Positions 17,919-26,193 of a DNA stretch of 64,000 nucleotides are shown here, piece by piece (the stretch's first letter is position 1; each line of letters opens with the position of its first letter). This DNA comes from a virus: the IMG/VR virus record IMGVR_UViG_3300030106_006270, positions 31,891-95,890 of that record; one strand, given 5' to 3'. A model generated the notes under the pieces. It was given only the letters and a program-made list of their open reading frames with translations. It had not been told where the DNA came from and did not search any database. The translations under genes and the position numbers were made by a program.

Positions 17919-18614
17919 TCAAAAACTACCTGTTATTGTCTTTCTCGGTGTATCTTTATAATAATTCCAATCTGTATAAATAGAGTGTATGAGATTAGAC
18001 CTATAGCTTACCAACCTATTGAACTTCATCGGTATCATATAATACTGTTCCCATTGATTGCTATCATAATTCCAAACATCCTCTGAGTTTATAAGAGTTT
18101 TATTATCAACCAATACCTTAGTCCACTCATCATAATTTTCAGTGGTTTCGTACTTCTTATCTAAATCTACTCGTCTGATGAATTGAGTTCCTCCGTGTAT
18201 ATGTTGTTCATTCATATAGATGACTGCAGCATACCAGGGGTCGATGTTTCTCTGACTATCTACGTGTGGTATAACTGAATCCACATCTATTGCATCGCCC
18301 CTATCATAATACTTATCGAATGACCAAACCAGATGTGATAAGGTTTGTATATTATACTTTTCAAAGTGTTGGGCAAATATCTCACGTGTTAAATCTCTGA
18401 TTGGAAAGCCCATAGTGCACCTAAGAGCTGGAGTTAGATTTCTTATATCTCGGTTATCCGTATAGTAAAGGTCTTCCATAAACAAAGATATGTCCTGTGG
18501 ATACCTGAATACATCATCTATTACTACGAGTTGATGCCCACCCTCTCCGATTGAAATAGTATTAAGAGTTCTTTTTTCGTTGAGTTGAAATAGTTCTGGT
18601 GGTAAGAACTTCAT
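17919..18614 (-). CDS. 2OG-Fe(II) oxygenase (DUF6445-like)
   Basis: VVIDD; PHVD; GGTQF; FNRLVSYRSNLIHS; R-x-T. Confidence 0.8.
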   Translation of the reverse strand: MKFLPPELFQLNEKRTLNTISIGEGGHQLVVIDDVFRYPQDISLFMEDLYYTDNRDIRNLTPALRCTMGFPIRDLTREIFAQHFEKYNIQTLSHLVWSFDKYYDRGDAIDVDSVIPHVDSQRNIDPWYAAVIYMNEQHIHGGTQFIRRVDLDKKYETTENYDEWTKVLVDNKTLINSEDVWNYDSNQWEQYYMIPMKFNRLVSYRSNLIHSIYTDWNYYKDTPRKTITGSF

Positions 18615-18896
18615 TTAGGCATCTACTTTAACCATTGTCCATTTATAAGGCCCACCATCTTCATCCAGTTTATTCGTATCTGCACTATAGATATCGCGAG
18701 TCTCCTCTATCACTTCTATGGTAATCTTTCTCACATCCTTATACCACATAGGAGAGAGAGCTGATACAACTAAACCAGTAAACATTTGCTTAGGGTCGTG
18801 ATGCTCATCCTCTTCAGCGGTATCATAAATAATTTCATCCTCTATGGTGTTGGGGTTCCACTGCATAGGCTTATCTGTTTTAATTCTTATCTTCAT
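18615..18896 (-). CDS. Hypothetical protein
   Basis: ORF track. Confidence 0.5.
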   Translation of the reverse strand: MKIRIKTDKPMQWNPNTIEDEIIYDTAEEDEHHDPKQMFTGLVVSALSPMWYKDVRKITIEVIEETRDIYSADTNKLDEDGGPYKWTMVKVDA

Positions 18897-19062
18897 CTTT
18901 GTTCAACTCCTTACTGGCATAATTGGTTAATACATTGGGTAGGAAGGCGTGTATCAATAGAGCCAGAGCTATACGAATAGCCCTAAACATATGAGAGAGG
19001 TAACTGATTTGCCCATCCTCTAAGTGTTGGAAGAGATAGATACGCTTTTTATTTTTTATCAT
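18880..19062 (-). CDS. Small hypothetical protein (HL...SYLSHMFRA...LIHAFLP, DUF6356-like)
   Basis: Motif pattern. Confidence 0.6.
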   Translation of the reverse strand: MIKNKKRIYLFQHLEDGQISYLSHMFRAIRIALALLIHAFLPNVLTNYASKELNKDEDKN

Positions 19063-19193
19063 TATGATACCCTTTTTATATCAAATCCCATAGGGTTTAA
19101 AACCTGCCTGTATATGAAAATCAGTATGAGCGCCTGACATTTTGTCATACTGCTGCCGATTCCCTAGCAATTGCCTCAGGTGGCGTCAATTTG

Positions 19194-19379
19194 TCAGGCT
19201 TCTCCGATAATCATGCCTAAGGCTTCATAGTGAGTTCTATCAGAGTGTACTGCTACCAGTATTGTTTCGATGAACTCTGAGTCATTTTCGAGCACATACT
19301 TTGCCTCTCCTAATGACCACATCCTTACCATCTCATCTTCTAGCCTAGCTATTATCTCATATACTTGTTCCATATCCAT
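19194..19379 (-). CDS. Small acidic hypothetical protein
   Basis: ORF track; TATTTATA motif immediately upstream. Confidence 0.5.
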   Translation of the reverse strand: MDMEQVYEIIARLEDEMVRMWSLGEAKYVLENDSEFIETILVAVHSDRTHYEALGMIIGEA

Positions 19380-19429
19380 ACCTATAAATAGTGTAGTGTG
19401 TTAGCAAAAATCTTTTTATCTTACCGCTC

Positions 19430-19500
19430 AAAAAATAGACGGTGCCAAAGGGTAGTTAACTCTATCGCCAGGAAAACTATCCTTCCAACAGCACCGCCTA
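19430..19500 (-). terminator. Extended hairpin + T6, probable 3' end of the ncRNA
   Basis: TAGGCGGTGC/GCACCGTCTA and AAGGATAGTT/AACTACCCTT stems followed by TTTTTT. Confidence 0.6.
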
Positions 19501-19830
19501 CATAACAACAAACAATAAGGTAAATCTTTGAGTTGGTCTGTTTCTGTCTTTTAGTTCGAACACTCAGACATAATACGAGCTATCTTACGAATTACACTTT
19601 AAGGGAACTCACCCCACCATAAGCCTACTCTTGCATTTCGAACCTATGGCCAACAAATTCTTTGTCGGTATTTATCTATGAGTTCCGACTTCTCAGCTGC
19701 CTCACCATTCTTGACTCTACTGAGGACTTTAGCAGAGCCCCACACTCTTCTTACTCTATCCCGTCTTTACCCAATGTGGTAGGTGGGATTACGAGCTTTC
19801 TCTAATTCATCGGTATTATCTCATTTCTCA
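19430..19830 (-). ncRNA. Candidate large structured non-coding RNA (~400 nt)
   Basis: No ORF; own promoter (19837-19865); many helices including a long-range closing stem; ends in a long hairpin plus U-tract. Confidence 0.7.
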
Positions 19831-19836
19831 TATATA

Positions 19837-19865
19837 AAGCTACGAAGAAATCCGCTAAAATACAA
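19837..19865 (-). promoter_or_regulatory. Sigma70-type promoter TTGTAT-N17-TAGCTT driving the ncRNA candidate
   Basis: Conserved six-copy motif. Confidence 0.75.
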
Positions 19866-19898
19866 GGAAAAAGTCCAGAAATATTGATCTTTTTTTAC

Positions 19899-19928
19899 TT
19901 GACATATATGGGATTTATTCAGTATACT
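19899..19928 (+). promoter_or_regulatory. Divergent plus-strand sigma70 promoter TTGACA-N18-TATACT
   Basis: Near-consensus -35 and -10 with a T-rich upstream element. Confidence 0.5.
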
Positions 19929-19942
19929 CTGGCGCTGCAGAA

Positions 19943-20434
19943 TTAGGATGGCTTACTGAAGGCAGAGTAGACAGCCTTTTGAAATGACTTAACTGACTTC
20001 GGTATATCTACGCTCACTCTGTCGAGCTTCAACAGATAGAAACAGTTGTAGCATAACACCCTTAGATTCGCTAAGTCTTTGTTAGTTGGGTCGTCATCCA
20101 AATAGTCCAGCATTAGCGGCTTAGACATATCCTGTGGTCTATACTCATCATATCCACAGTTACCACACTCCTCCGCTAAATAACCTTCGCGGTGTAGTCG
20201 ATGCTGTAATTTCGTGGTACTGTAATTAGGATTCTCACCCGCTAGTATCTTATCCAACTCTATTGGTCTACCCTTAGAGTCTCTCGACACTCCCGCATTA
20301 CTGGCGGGCTCCCATAAGTCGTATAGCTTAGCATACTTCTTAAAGGTATTATAACTTACGCTAAGTATTTTGGCTGCTCTACGCATAGATGTGGTTTCGT
20401 TGATTGCCCAAGCTATTTTACTTTTTGCTAACAT
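19943..20434 (-). CDS. HTH + degenerate HNH zinc-finger protein
   Basis: SMRRAAKILSVSYNTFKKY HTH; CGNC...LMLDYLDDDPTNKDLANLRVLCYNCF with catalytic His replaced. Confidence 0.75.
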   Translation of the reverse strand: MLAKSKIAWAINETTSMRRAAKILSVSYNTFKKYAKLYDLWEPASNAGVSRDSKGRPIELDKILAGENPNYSTTKLQHRLHREGYLAEECGNCGYDEYRPQDMSKPLMLDYLDDDPTNKDLANLRVLCYNCFYLLKLDRVSVDIPKSVKSFQKAVYSAFSKPS

Positions 20435-20449
20435 AATACTCTCCCAATA

Positions 20450-20591
20450 TGACAGAATGACACAGCTGGTATATCAAGCCGCTGCTATAAAAAAGTCTGA
20501 CACGATGACACACACGAATTATATTCCTGTATATGTGACACCGTTGTGGTCAATAAGTAGGTAAGGGTGGTAAAAAGTGGTTAGAAGTGGG
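20450..20591 (+). repeat. Operator-like repeats: TGACA-N3-TGACA (x2) and a 10-bp-phased GTGG array
   Basis: tgacagaatgaca at 20450, tgacacgatgaca at 20498; GTGG/GTAG at 20546, 20557, 20567, 20577, 20587. Confidence 0.65.
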
Positions 20592-20846
20592 TTATGTCTT
20601 GGTGAGTTGCTTAATCAAATAGTTTAATCCGTCTATTCTACCGTTCAACCGTTTGATTTTCTCTTCTGCTTGTTCTAATCGTTGTTCTAAGTCATCAACT
20701 CTATCGCGAGACGATATGTTGGCACCCCATGGCTCAGGGTTCTTGATAACTTTGGTTATGTCATTGATACGCTTCTCCAATTTAGTGTGTCTATCGAGTT
20801 CTCTTGGAGCGCTCATCTTATTCAATTCTTTGTAATTGTCTTTCAT
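20592..20846 (-). CDS. Coiled-coil hypothetical protein
   Basis: ORF track; heptad pattern. Confidence 0.5.
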   Translation of the reverse strand: MKDNYKELNKMSAPRELDRHTKLEKRINDITKVIKNPEPWGANISSRDRVDDLEQRLEQAEEKIKRLNGRIDGLNYLIKQLTKT

Positions 20847-20879
20847 ACAGGTAAGTATAGGGTTGGTGGGAAAACGATT

Positions 20880-20905
20880 GAAGGGGAGCGGTTTATCTCC
20901 CCTTC
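20880..20905 (-). terminator. Hairpin downstream of the TonB-CTD gene
   Basis: GAAGGGGAG/CTCCCCTTC 9-bp stem; weak U-tract. Confidence 0.5.
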
Positions 20906-20917
20906 AGCTTCATCTAC

Positions 20918-21250
20918 TTACTTAAACAAGATAGGTAATTGGTAATCCACAGCGATAGCTTTGCCATTTTGCACAGCCGGTTCAAACTCTATGGCTAAAA
21001 CCTTATCCAGAATAGTATCATTCAGATATGGATTAAAACTATTTATTATTTCTGGTCTCGTAACCTTTCCTTCTTTATTCACTCTAAACCGAACCAATAC
21101 ACTACCCCTGAGATTCAAATGTCTGTAATTCTCTATATCTTCATAATGTAATTGGAAAGGAGTTTTAGTCTTAGGTGGTTGACTCAAACCCGTTGGTAAG
21201 TTTTGGGCCATCAACGAGCCCATTAAGGATAAACACAAAAGTGCTCTCAT
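20918..21250 (-). CDS. Secreted stand-alone TonB C-terminal domain protein
   Basis: Signal peptide MRALLCLSLMGSLMA; GSVLVRFRVNKEGKV...FEPAVQNGKAIAVDYQLPILFK. Confidence 0.85.
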   Translation of the reverse strand: MRALLCLSLMGSLMAQNLPTGLSQPPKTKTPFQLHYEDIENYRHLNLRGSVLVRFRVNKEGKVTRPEIINSFNPYLNDTILDKVLAIEFEPAVQNGKAIAVDYQLPILFK

Positions 21251-21398
21251 CTCTTTCTCTCCCTGCCTGCTCACGCAAGTCTTTTCTTTTCTTTAACTAT
21301 TTTAAGGATGGATAAAGTATGAAGGAATAAACTTTACTCATCTACTATAAATACTTAAAGATTGAAAAATATCTTCAGGTATTTTGTAAAATCTTTTC

Positions 21399-21578
21399 CT
21401 AAACCCGTCTTAGTTGATTTAGCGTATCATCCAATTCCTGATGGCTTAACTTCATATCCATCTCAATGCATAGTGCAAATCTTTTCATCACTCTACGCCA
21501 GGCTTTGGATGACCATCCGCTTCTCCCAACAATCAAAAGGGCCTTTTCTCTTAATTTACTTTCCTGTGACTCATTCAT
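21399..21578 (-). CDS. Small hypothetical protein (59 aa, MNESQESKLREKALLIVG...)
   Basis: Manual translation; on the same strand as the other genes. Confidence 0.5.
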   Translation of the reverse strand: MNESQESKLREKALLIVGRSGWSSKAWRRVMKRFALCIEMDMKLSHQELDDTLNQLRRV

Positions 21579-21757
21579 AACTCTTTTCCAAGCTATGGAT
21601 AACCAAACTCCGATGAAGTATCTTCTTAACGGAGAGCCGCTATCCGTTATTTAAGTATTACTATATGGTGAAATCTCGTAAGAGATTTTACCCTTTGACA
21701 GAGTGTTAAAAGATTCAAGCGACACGCGTATTCGTCACGCGTCTTCGTTCCACACCC

Positions 21758-22039
21758 CTAACTGAAAAAGTCGTAGATTTGTTTGAAAAATAACCCTACA
21801 AAACCGGCACCAATAGTTGTTCTCCACCTATTGGCATTTTCTCTAAACTGAGTATTTTGTTTGGTTTCAGCCCACAAACCCTTATGTGGATTGAATAGGT
21901 TTTCTTTGATGAATTTTAGATTCTCTTCTGTTCTCTGATGAGCAACATCCATCTCAGCTTTTAAATCATCGATGGATTGTGTTATGTTGTCTATCTTATT
22001 ATGTATTAAATCAAATTCTTTTCTGTCCGCCTGATTCAA
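21758..22039 (-). CDS. Coiled-coil protein with a C-terminal TM (XhlA/holin-like)
   Basis: Heptads followed by a hydrophobic tail; AGGAG RBS. Confidence 0.45.
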   Translation of the reverse strand: MNQADRKEFDLIHNKIDNITQSIDDLKAEMDVAHQRTEENLKFIKENLFNPHKGLWAETKQNTQFRENANRWRTTIGAGFVGLFFKQIYDFFS

Positions 22040-22078
22040 TTTATTTCTCCTATCATTACATATAAATATAACACAATA

Positions 22079-22294
22079 TTATTTTCCACGTCGTTTTGAA
22101 CGAGGTTTTGGTTTTACTTGGTTATCTAATCTAAATATTTCGTCTTTAAGTGATTCTCTGACAAATTTTAAGTGATGAATCTCAGCCTCTAAGTCTGCTT
22201 GTTTACCACTGTTCAATATTCCACTTACTACTATACCAGCTATTGCTCCAATAACTATTCCCATCCATACCCAGCCTATTGTTGTTATAATCAT
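22079..22294 (-). CDS. Single-TM small protein
   Basis: N-terminal hydrophobic helix and coiled coil. Confidence 0.55.
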   Translation of the reverse strand: MIITTIGWVWMGIVIGAIAGIVVSGILNSGKQADLEAEIHHLKFVRESLKDEIFRLDNQVKPKPRSKRRGK

Positions 22295-22752
22295 TTTACT
22301 CTCCTAAGATTTTTCATATCTATTTTTGTTTTCTTCTTATGACACTCACGACATAAGGTTTGTAAATTCTTTTCATCCCAATACGACCAATCAACCTCAT
22401 GCGGTTGTTTGTGCTTTTGTTCATATAGTGGTTTGATGTGGTCTATTTGAAATCTTGGGTCGTATTCACCACATTCAGCACACTCACAGTAATCTCTTTG
22501 CCTGATATACTTTCTAATGTGTTTGGAATTATAATACATTAGAAACTCTTCACTACAATCGGGATGCCAACTGGCACGCATATTTCTCTCACCCCTTTCG
22601 TTATTTATAATACCATCACACCATCTACACACGCCCTTTTCTTTCACATCATAGTATGAGTCAGGCTTAGGTGGAAATCTGAAGTTATTTTCGAAAGTCT
22701 GTTCATCAAACTTTCTTGTCTTAATTCCTAATGTTCTTCTTATTCTTGGCAT
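22291..22752 (-). CDS. HNH endonuclease
   Basis: RDYCECAECG...QIDHIKPL...NLQTLCRECHKKKT. Confidence 0.9.
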   Translation of the reverse strand: MPRIRRTLGIKTRKFDEQTFENNFRFPPKPDSYYDVKEKGVCRWCDGIINNERGERNMRASWHPDCSEEFLMYYNSKHIRKYIRQRDYCECAECGEYDPRFQIDHIKPLYEQKHKQPHEVDWSYWDEKNLQTLCRECHKKKTKIDMKNLRRVK

Positions 22753-22928
22753 TAAACAGTGTTATTCTTCTTCTAAAATCTCCGCATTTTGATGTACATA
22801 TATCACACTACCGCTTTCTTCTGACGGTGTTGGATTATTTTCATAATCCAATTTCATTTGGATAGCCTCAGCTTCTATCTCTAATGCGAGTTGTTCTAAC
22901 TCTTTCTGTTGTTCTTTTGTTAAATCTT

Positions 22929-23180
22929 TCATGGTTTATCTATATCTAACCAACCCTCATCATCTTTCCACCACTCATATTGCTTTCCTTCACGATTAGC
23001 TAAATCCTTTTGTGTGTTATAGTATTGTTCGCTCATTACCTTCCATAACTTATCAAACTCTTTTTCTTCCATTTGTTTGACACCCATAAAATATGTTTTA
23101 GCACCAGAGATACCAACACCACTTCCTATCTCACATTTACCAACTATCTCATCTGCTTTATTAACTAATAGCCATTTCAT
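22929..23180 (-). CDS. Hypothetical protein
   Basis: ORF track; GAGG RBS. Confidence 0.5.
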   Translation of the reverse strand: MKWLLVNKADEIVGKCEIGSGVGISGAKTYFMGVKQMEEKEFDKLWKVMSEQYYNTQKDLANREGKQYEWWKDDEGWLDIDKP

Positions 23181-23190
23181 CTATCCTCTC

Positions 23191-23721
23191 CTAATCAAAT
23201 ATTATATTAAAACTCCCATATGTATCTTCATATCTCCAATTGTCATAGTAAGTAAAATATATTGTGGCAGTATCCCCAATCATAGTTTTCACAGGTGCTA
23301 ACATAGTATTTACATATCCATCGAAATCACTGTAAGAAGCACCGTTCACTATAGGAACTTCGAATCCATTGAACCAAGTAACATAAGTGGTGTCGTATCC
23401 AATATACAGTAATTCATCTGATGTGTTCTGTATAGCATAACCAAGCGTATCACCAACAAACCACATCAAATCACTACTCCAACCAAATTTTATTACATTA
23501 ACTCCATCATTATTACGAAGAACTCTTCCCTCTATGCGATGTAAAGTTTGCCACCTATTTCTGTCAATGGTTAATCTGTAGTAACCATTTTCGTCTTGTG
23601 GTAACTTAGTGTTAAGTTTAAAGACAATTTCTTCTATCTGATGATTGTCCTCACATCCTATGAATAAACTAGATACGCTTAGGGTTATTACTCCAAGTAT
23701 TCTTCTTATCACGTTTGACAT
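23191..23721 (-). CDS. Putative lipoprotein
   Basis: Signal peptide ending in lipobox FIGC; beta-rich. Confidence 0.65.
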   Translation of the reverse strand: MSNVIRRILGVITLSVSSLFIGCEDNHQIEEIVFKLNTKLPQDENGYYRLTIDRNRWQTLHRIEGRVLRNNDGVNVIKFGWSSDLMWFVGDTLGYAIQNTSDELLYIGYDTTYVTWFNGFEVPIVNGASYSDFDGYVNTMLAPVKTMIGDTATIYFTYYDNWRYEDTYGSFNIIFD

Positions 23722-23836
23722 TTTTTATCTCTTCCTTTTTATATGATTTTTTTTGTTTCTTTGGTTTCTTTTTTCTACTAATTCTATCAGCAAAAGCCTG
23801 TTCTTCAAGCTCTTCATAGTAATCGTAATTAGCCAT
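23669..23836 (-). CDS. Small acidic/basic protein (start MANYDYY)
   Basis: AGGAG RBS directly after the promoter at 23850-23878. Confidence 0.5.
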   Translation of the reverse strand: MANYDYYEELEEQAFADRISRKKKPKKQKKSYKKEEIKNVKRDKKNTWSNNPKRI

Positions 23837-23849
23837 TTTTCTACTCCTA

Positions 23850-23878
23850 AAGCTACGAATAATTTTGTTAATTGTCAA
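23850..23878 (-). promoter_or_regulatory. Sigma70-type promoter TTGACA-N17-TAGCTT
   Basis: Conserved six-copy motif. Confidence 0.8.
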
Positions 23879-24104
23879 GCATTATTTTAAACTTTTTTAT
23901 TGTATCTAAGAACTCTGTGATACTATACTTAGAACCCCTTTCATCAACTATCTTCACATCACCAAGTGCCTCAGGTTCTTTTTGTATCATGTTGTTTAAT
24001 GCTATAAATCCATTACCGGTATAAAACTTACCAAAGGATTCCTCACCCAAAATGTTCTCATCCCATAAGTCTTCGTTGTCATTTAATAATATATAGTAGG
24101 TCAT
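23868..24104 (-). CDS. Hypothetical protein
   Basis: ORF track. Confidence 0.5.
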   Translation of the reverse strand: MTYYILLNDNEDLWDENILGEESFGKFYTGNGFIALNNMIQKEPEALGDVKIVDERGSKYSITEFLDTIKKFKIMLDN

Positions 24105-24973
24105 TTATCTAAAACATAATTTTCTTTTATAAAGTCTAATACATCTAAACTTGGATTCCACCCCAACAATTCATTGGCATTTTCATCCTCACACAAAGTT
24201 TCTCTCATTTCACCCTGCTTTCCATCTATATGTATTGTTGGATAGTTTTCACCAAAGGCTTCAGCTATTTCATTTACTGAATAGTTTTTACCTCTACCTA
24301 ACTCAAACAACTCTCCGCTAACCTCATGTATTGACTCTCCACACCTGATTAATCCATCTACAATATCATCCACGTGTGTAAAATCTCTCCTCTGTTCTCC
24401 ATCATCTGTAATAGTTAATGGTCTACCCTCTTTATAAAGAGTCTGAAATATACCTATCAGAGTGCAATACTCACCCTCTGTAAGTTGATGTGGTCCGTAC
24501 ACATTATAAAATCTACATATAGCTGTTGGTAAATCATATACTTTATTGTACAATTCTACTAACTGCTCACTAAGAGACTTACTTAAAGTATATGGATTAG
24601 CAAACTTATCCCCATTAGATGATGATGAGCCTGCAAATACAATAGGACAACCAATACCTCTAGCCCACTCTAATACATTTAGTGTTGCTGTAACATTTGC
24701 GTGGTGTGTATACACAGGATGTTTAAATGAAGGTTGTATTCTAGCGATTGCCGCTAAATGAAATATCAAATCAGGTTTTGATATAAAGAAGTCGTAGTTT
24801 ACAGTTTCAGTCAAATCTACATCAAAGTATTGAACACCCTTTTGTTCTATCTCATTTTCTTTCAAACCAGTAGAGTAATTATCTAATGAAACGACTTTGT
24901 GTCCTTCACTTAACAATCTTTTGATTAAATTAGTACCTACAAATCCTGCACCGCCTGTTACTAAGACTCGCAT
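24101..24973 (-). CDS. NAD-dependent NDP-sugar epimerase/dehydratase
   Basis: TGGAGFVG; YTLSK; RFYNVYGP; RDFTHVDD. Confidence 0.92.
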   Translation of the reverse strand: MRVLVTGGAGFVGTNLIKRLLSEGHKVVSLDNYSTGLKENEIEQKGVQYFDVDLTETVNYDFFISKPDLIFHLAAIARIQPSFKHPVYTHHANVTATLNVLEWARGIGCPIVFAGSSSSNGDKFANPYTLSKSLSEQLVELYNKVYDLPTAICRFYNVYGPHQLTEGEYCTLIGIFQTLYKEGRPLTITDDGEQRRDFTHVDDIVDGLIRCGESIHEVSGELFELGRGKNYSVNEIAEAFGENYPTIHIDGKQGEMRETLCEDENANELLGWNPSLDVLDFIKENYVLDK

Positions 24974-26193
24974 ACAATCAAATCCTTTTCATATGTTTTT
25001 AATGATTTAATATAAAATTTAAATATACTGTACTCCATCTCACCTATCTCCCCACTGTCTTGTAACATCTGTGATAGATTCACAATTACTTGAAAGTTTT
25101 GTGGTGTAAGTTTTTGACAATCAAACTCAATACAAATATCGTGCAACTCTGATATCTTACTGTTTCCATACAATTTTATTCTTTCACCCAAGTTAAAATC
25201 TGTGTTTGGCTGTTCTTTTTTAACATACTCATTTATACATTCCGAATCACTTAAATCTAAGTATATTTTGTTACACCAAGGTTCTAATTCTGCTAACACA
25301 TGAGAATCACAGTTGTAAGCGACAAATGCCACATCATACTTTGGTGGTACAATTGGTTTAAGATATTCATCATGATTAACCATATGGCCCCACTTACGGA
25401 TGAAGTTACGAGTAGACCTAAGATTTTGCGCTAACCATTCTGATGATTCTCTACCTTTCATAAACACCTGTCCAGCGGGATTTCTCAAAGCACCATCTTT
25501 GAATCTACTACCTCTACAAGTCATATGGTATACAAACCCTTGCCAAGTCTGTATCGTTTCGTATCCGGCCAATACAAACCTATTGAATATATCAGAGTCC
25601 TCTTTTGATTGTGGAGCATATAAAGGATCATGTCCACCTATTGCAAGAAAGTCATCTTTGTATATAGCCCAAGGTGCAAAGATACCATTTGTGGTATCAT
25701 GCTCATCATCTTTATTTTCATCTAAATATTGATTAATCCAACTCAGTAGTTTATCTTCTTCAAATTCTTCTGGTTCTATACCACAATCCATTAATATCTT
25801 CTCAGGACCATCAGGATGAAGTGGTGGTTCTATACGAGTAGCAGATACAACCTTACCTCGCTCTAAATGTTTAAGTATCTCTGTATCTAAATTAGGACAA
25901 GCGTACATATCTGCGTGATATATCATAACAATATCGTTTGTTGCCATATCTACTAATGTATCATATAAAATGGTGTGTCCAAGTCTCGTAGGTCCTTCAT
26001 TCCTATGTATCTTTACATTCTCATCCTTTTCAGCAATCTCCTGCATCCACTCCCAAGTTCCGTCATCAGAGAAATCATCAGCCCAACATATTTCGTGGTC
26101 AGGTGAGAGATTTTTACGGATACTCTCATAAGACCACTGTAGGTATTTAAGATTATTTCTACTTGGTTGGATAAAACTTATAACTTTATTCAT
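24961..26193 (-). CDS. GT2-family glycosyltransferase
   Basis: DDFSDDGT; YHADM; GGHDP...EDSD. Confidence 0.85.
   Translation of the reverse strand: MNKVISFIQPSRNNLKYLQWSYESIRKNLSPDHEICWADDFSDDGTWEWMQEIAEKDENVKIHRNEGPTRLGHTILYDTLVDMATNDIVMIYHADMYACPNLDTEILKHLERGKVVSATRIEPPLHPDGPEKILMDCGIEPEEFEEDKLLSWINQYLDENKDDEHDTTNGIFAPWAIYKDDFLAIGGHDPLYAPQSKEDSDIFNRFVLAGYETIQTWQGFVYHMTCRGSRFKDGALRNPAGQVFMKGRESSEWLAQNLRSTRNFIRKWGHMVNHDEYLKPIVPPKYDVAFVAYNCDSHVLAELEPWCNKIYLDLSDSECINEYVKKEQPNTDFNLGERIKLYGNSKISELHDICIEFDCQKLTPQNFQVIVNLSQMLQDSGEIGEMEYSIFKFYIKSLKTYEKDLIVCES

Noticed and set aside
19108-19124. LexA SOS box (CTGTATATGAAAATCAG)
   Set aside because: The spacing is one base too long for CTG-N10-CAG, and similar sites near 20466 and 20527 lack the right half-site.
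19160-19196. Selenocysteine read-through of the TGA ending the 19194-19379 ORF
   Set aside because: The extension hits another TGA and then a TAG within about ten codons, and there is no selenoprotein motif.
19430-19830. tmRNA, RNase P, tRNA or group II intron identity for the structured region
   Set aside because: It has GTTCGAA and AAAGTCC fragments but no tRNA-like acceptor/CCA end, no complete RNase P P4 signature and no domain V.
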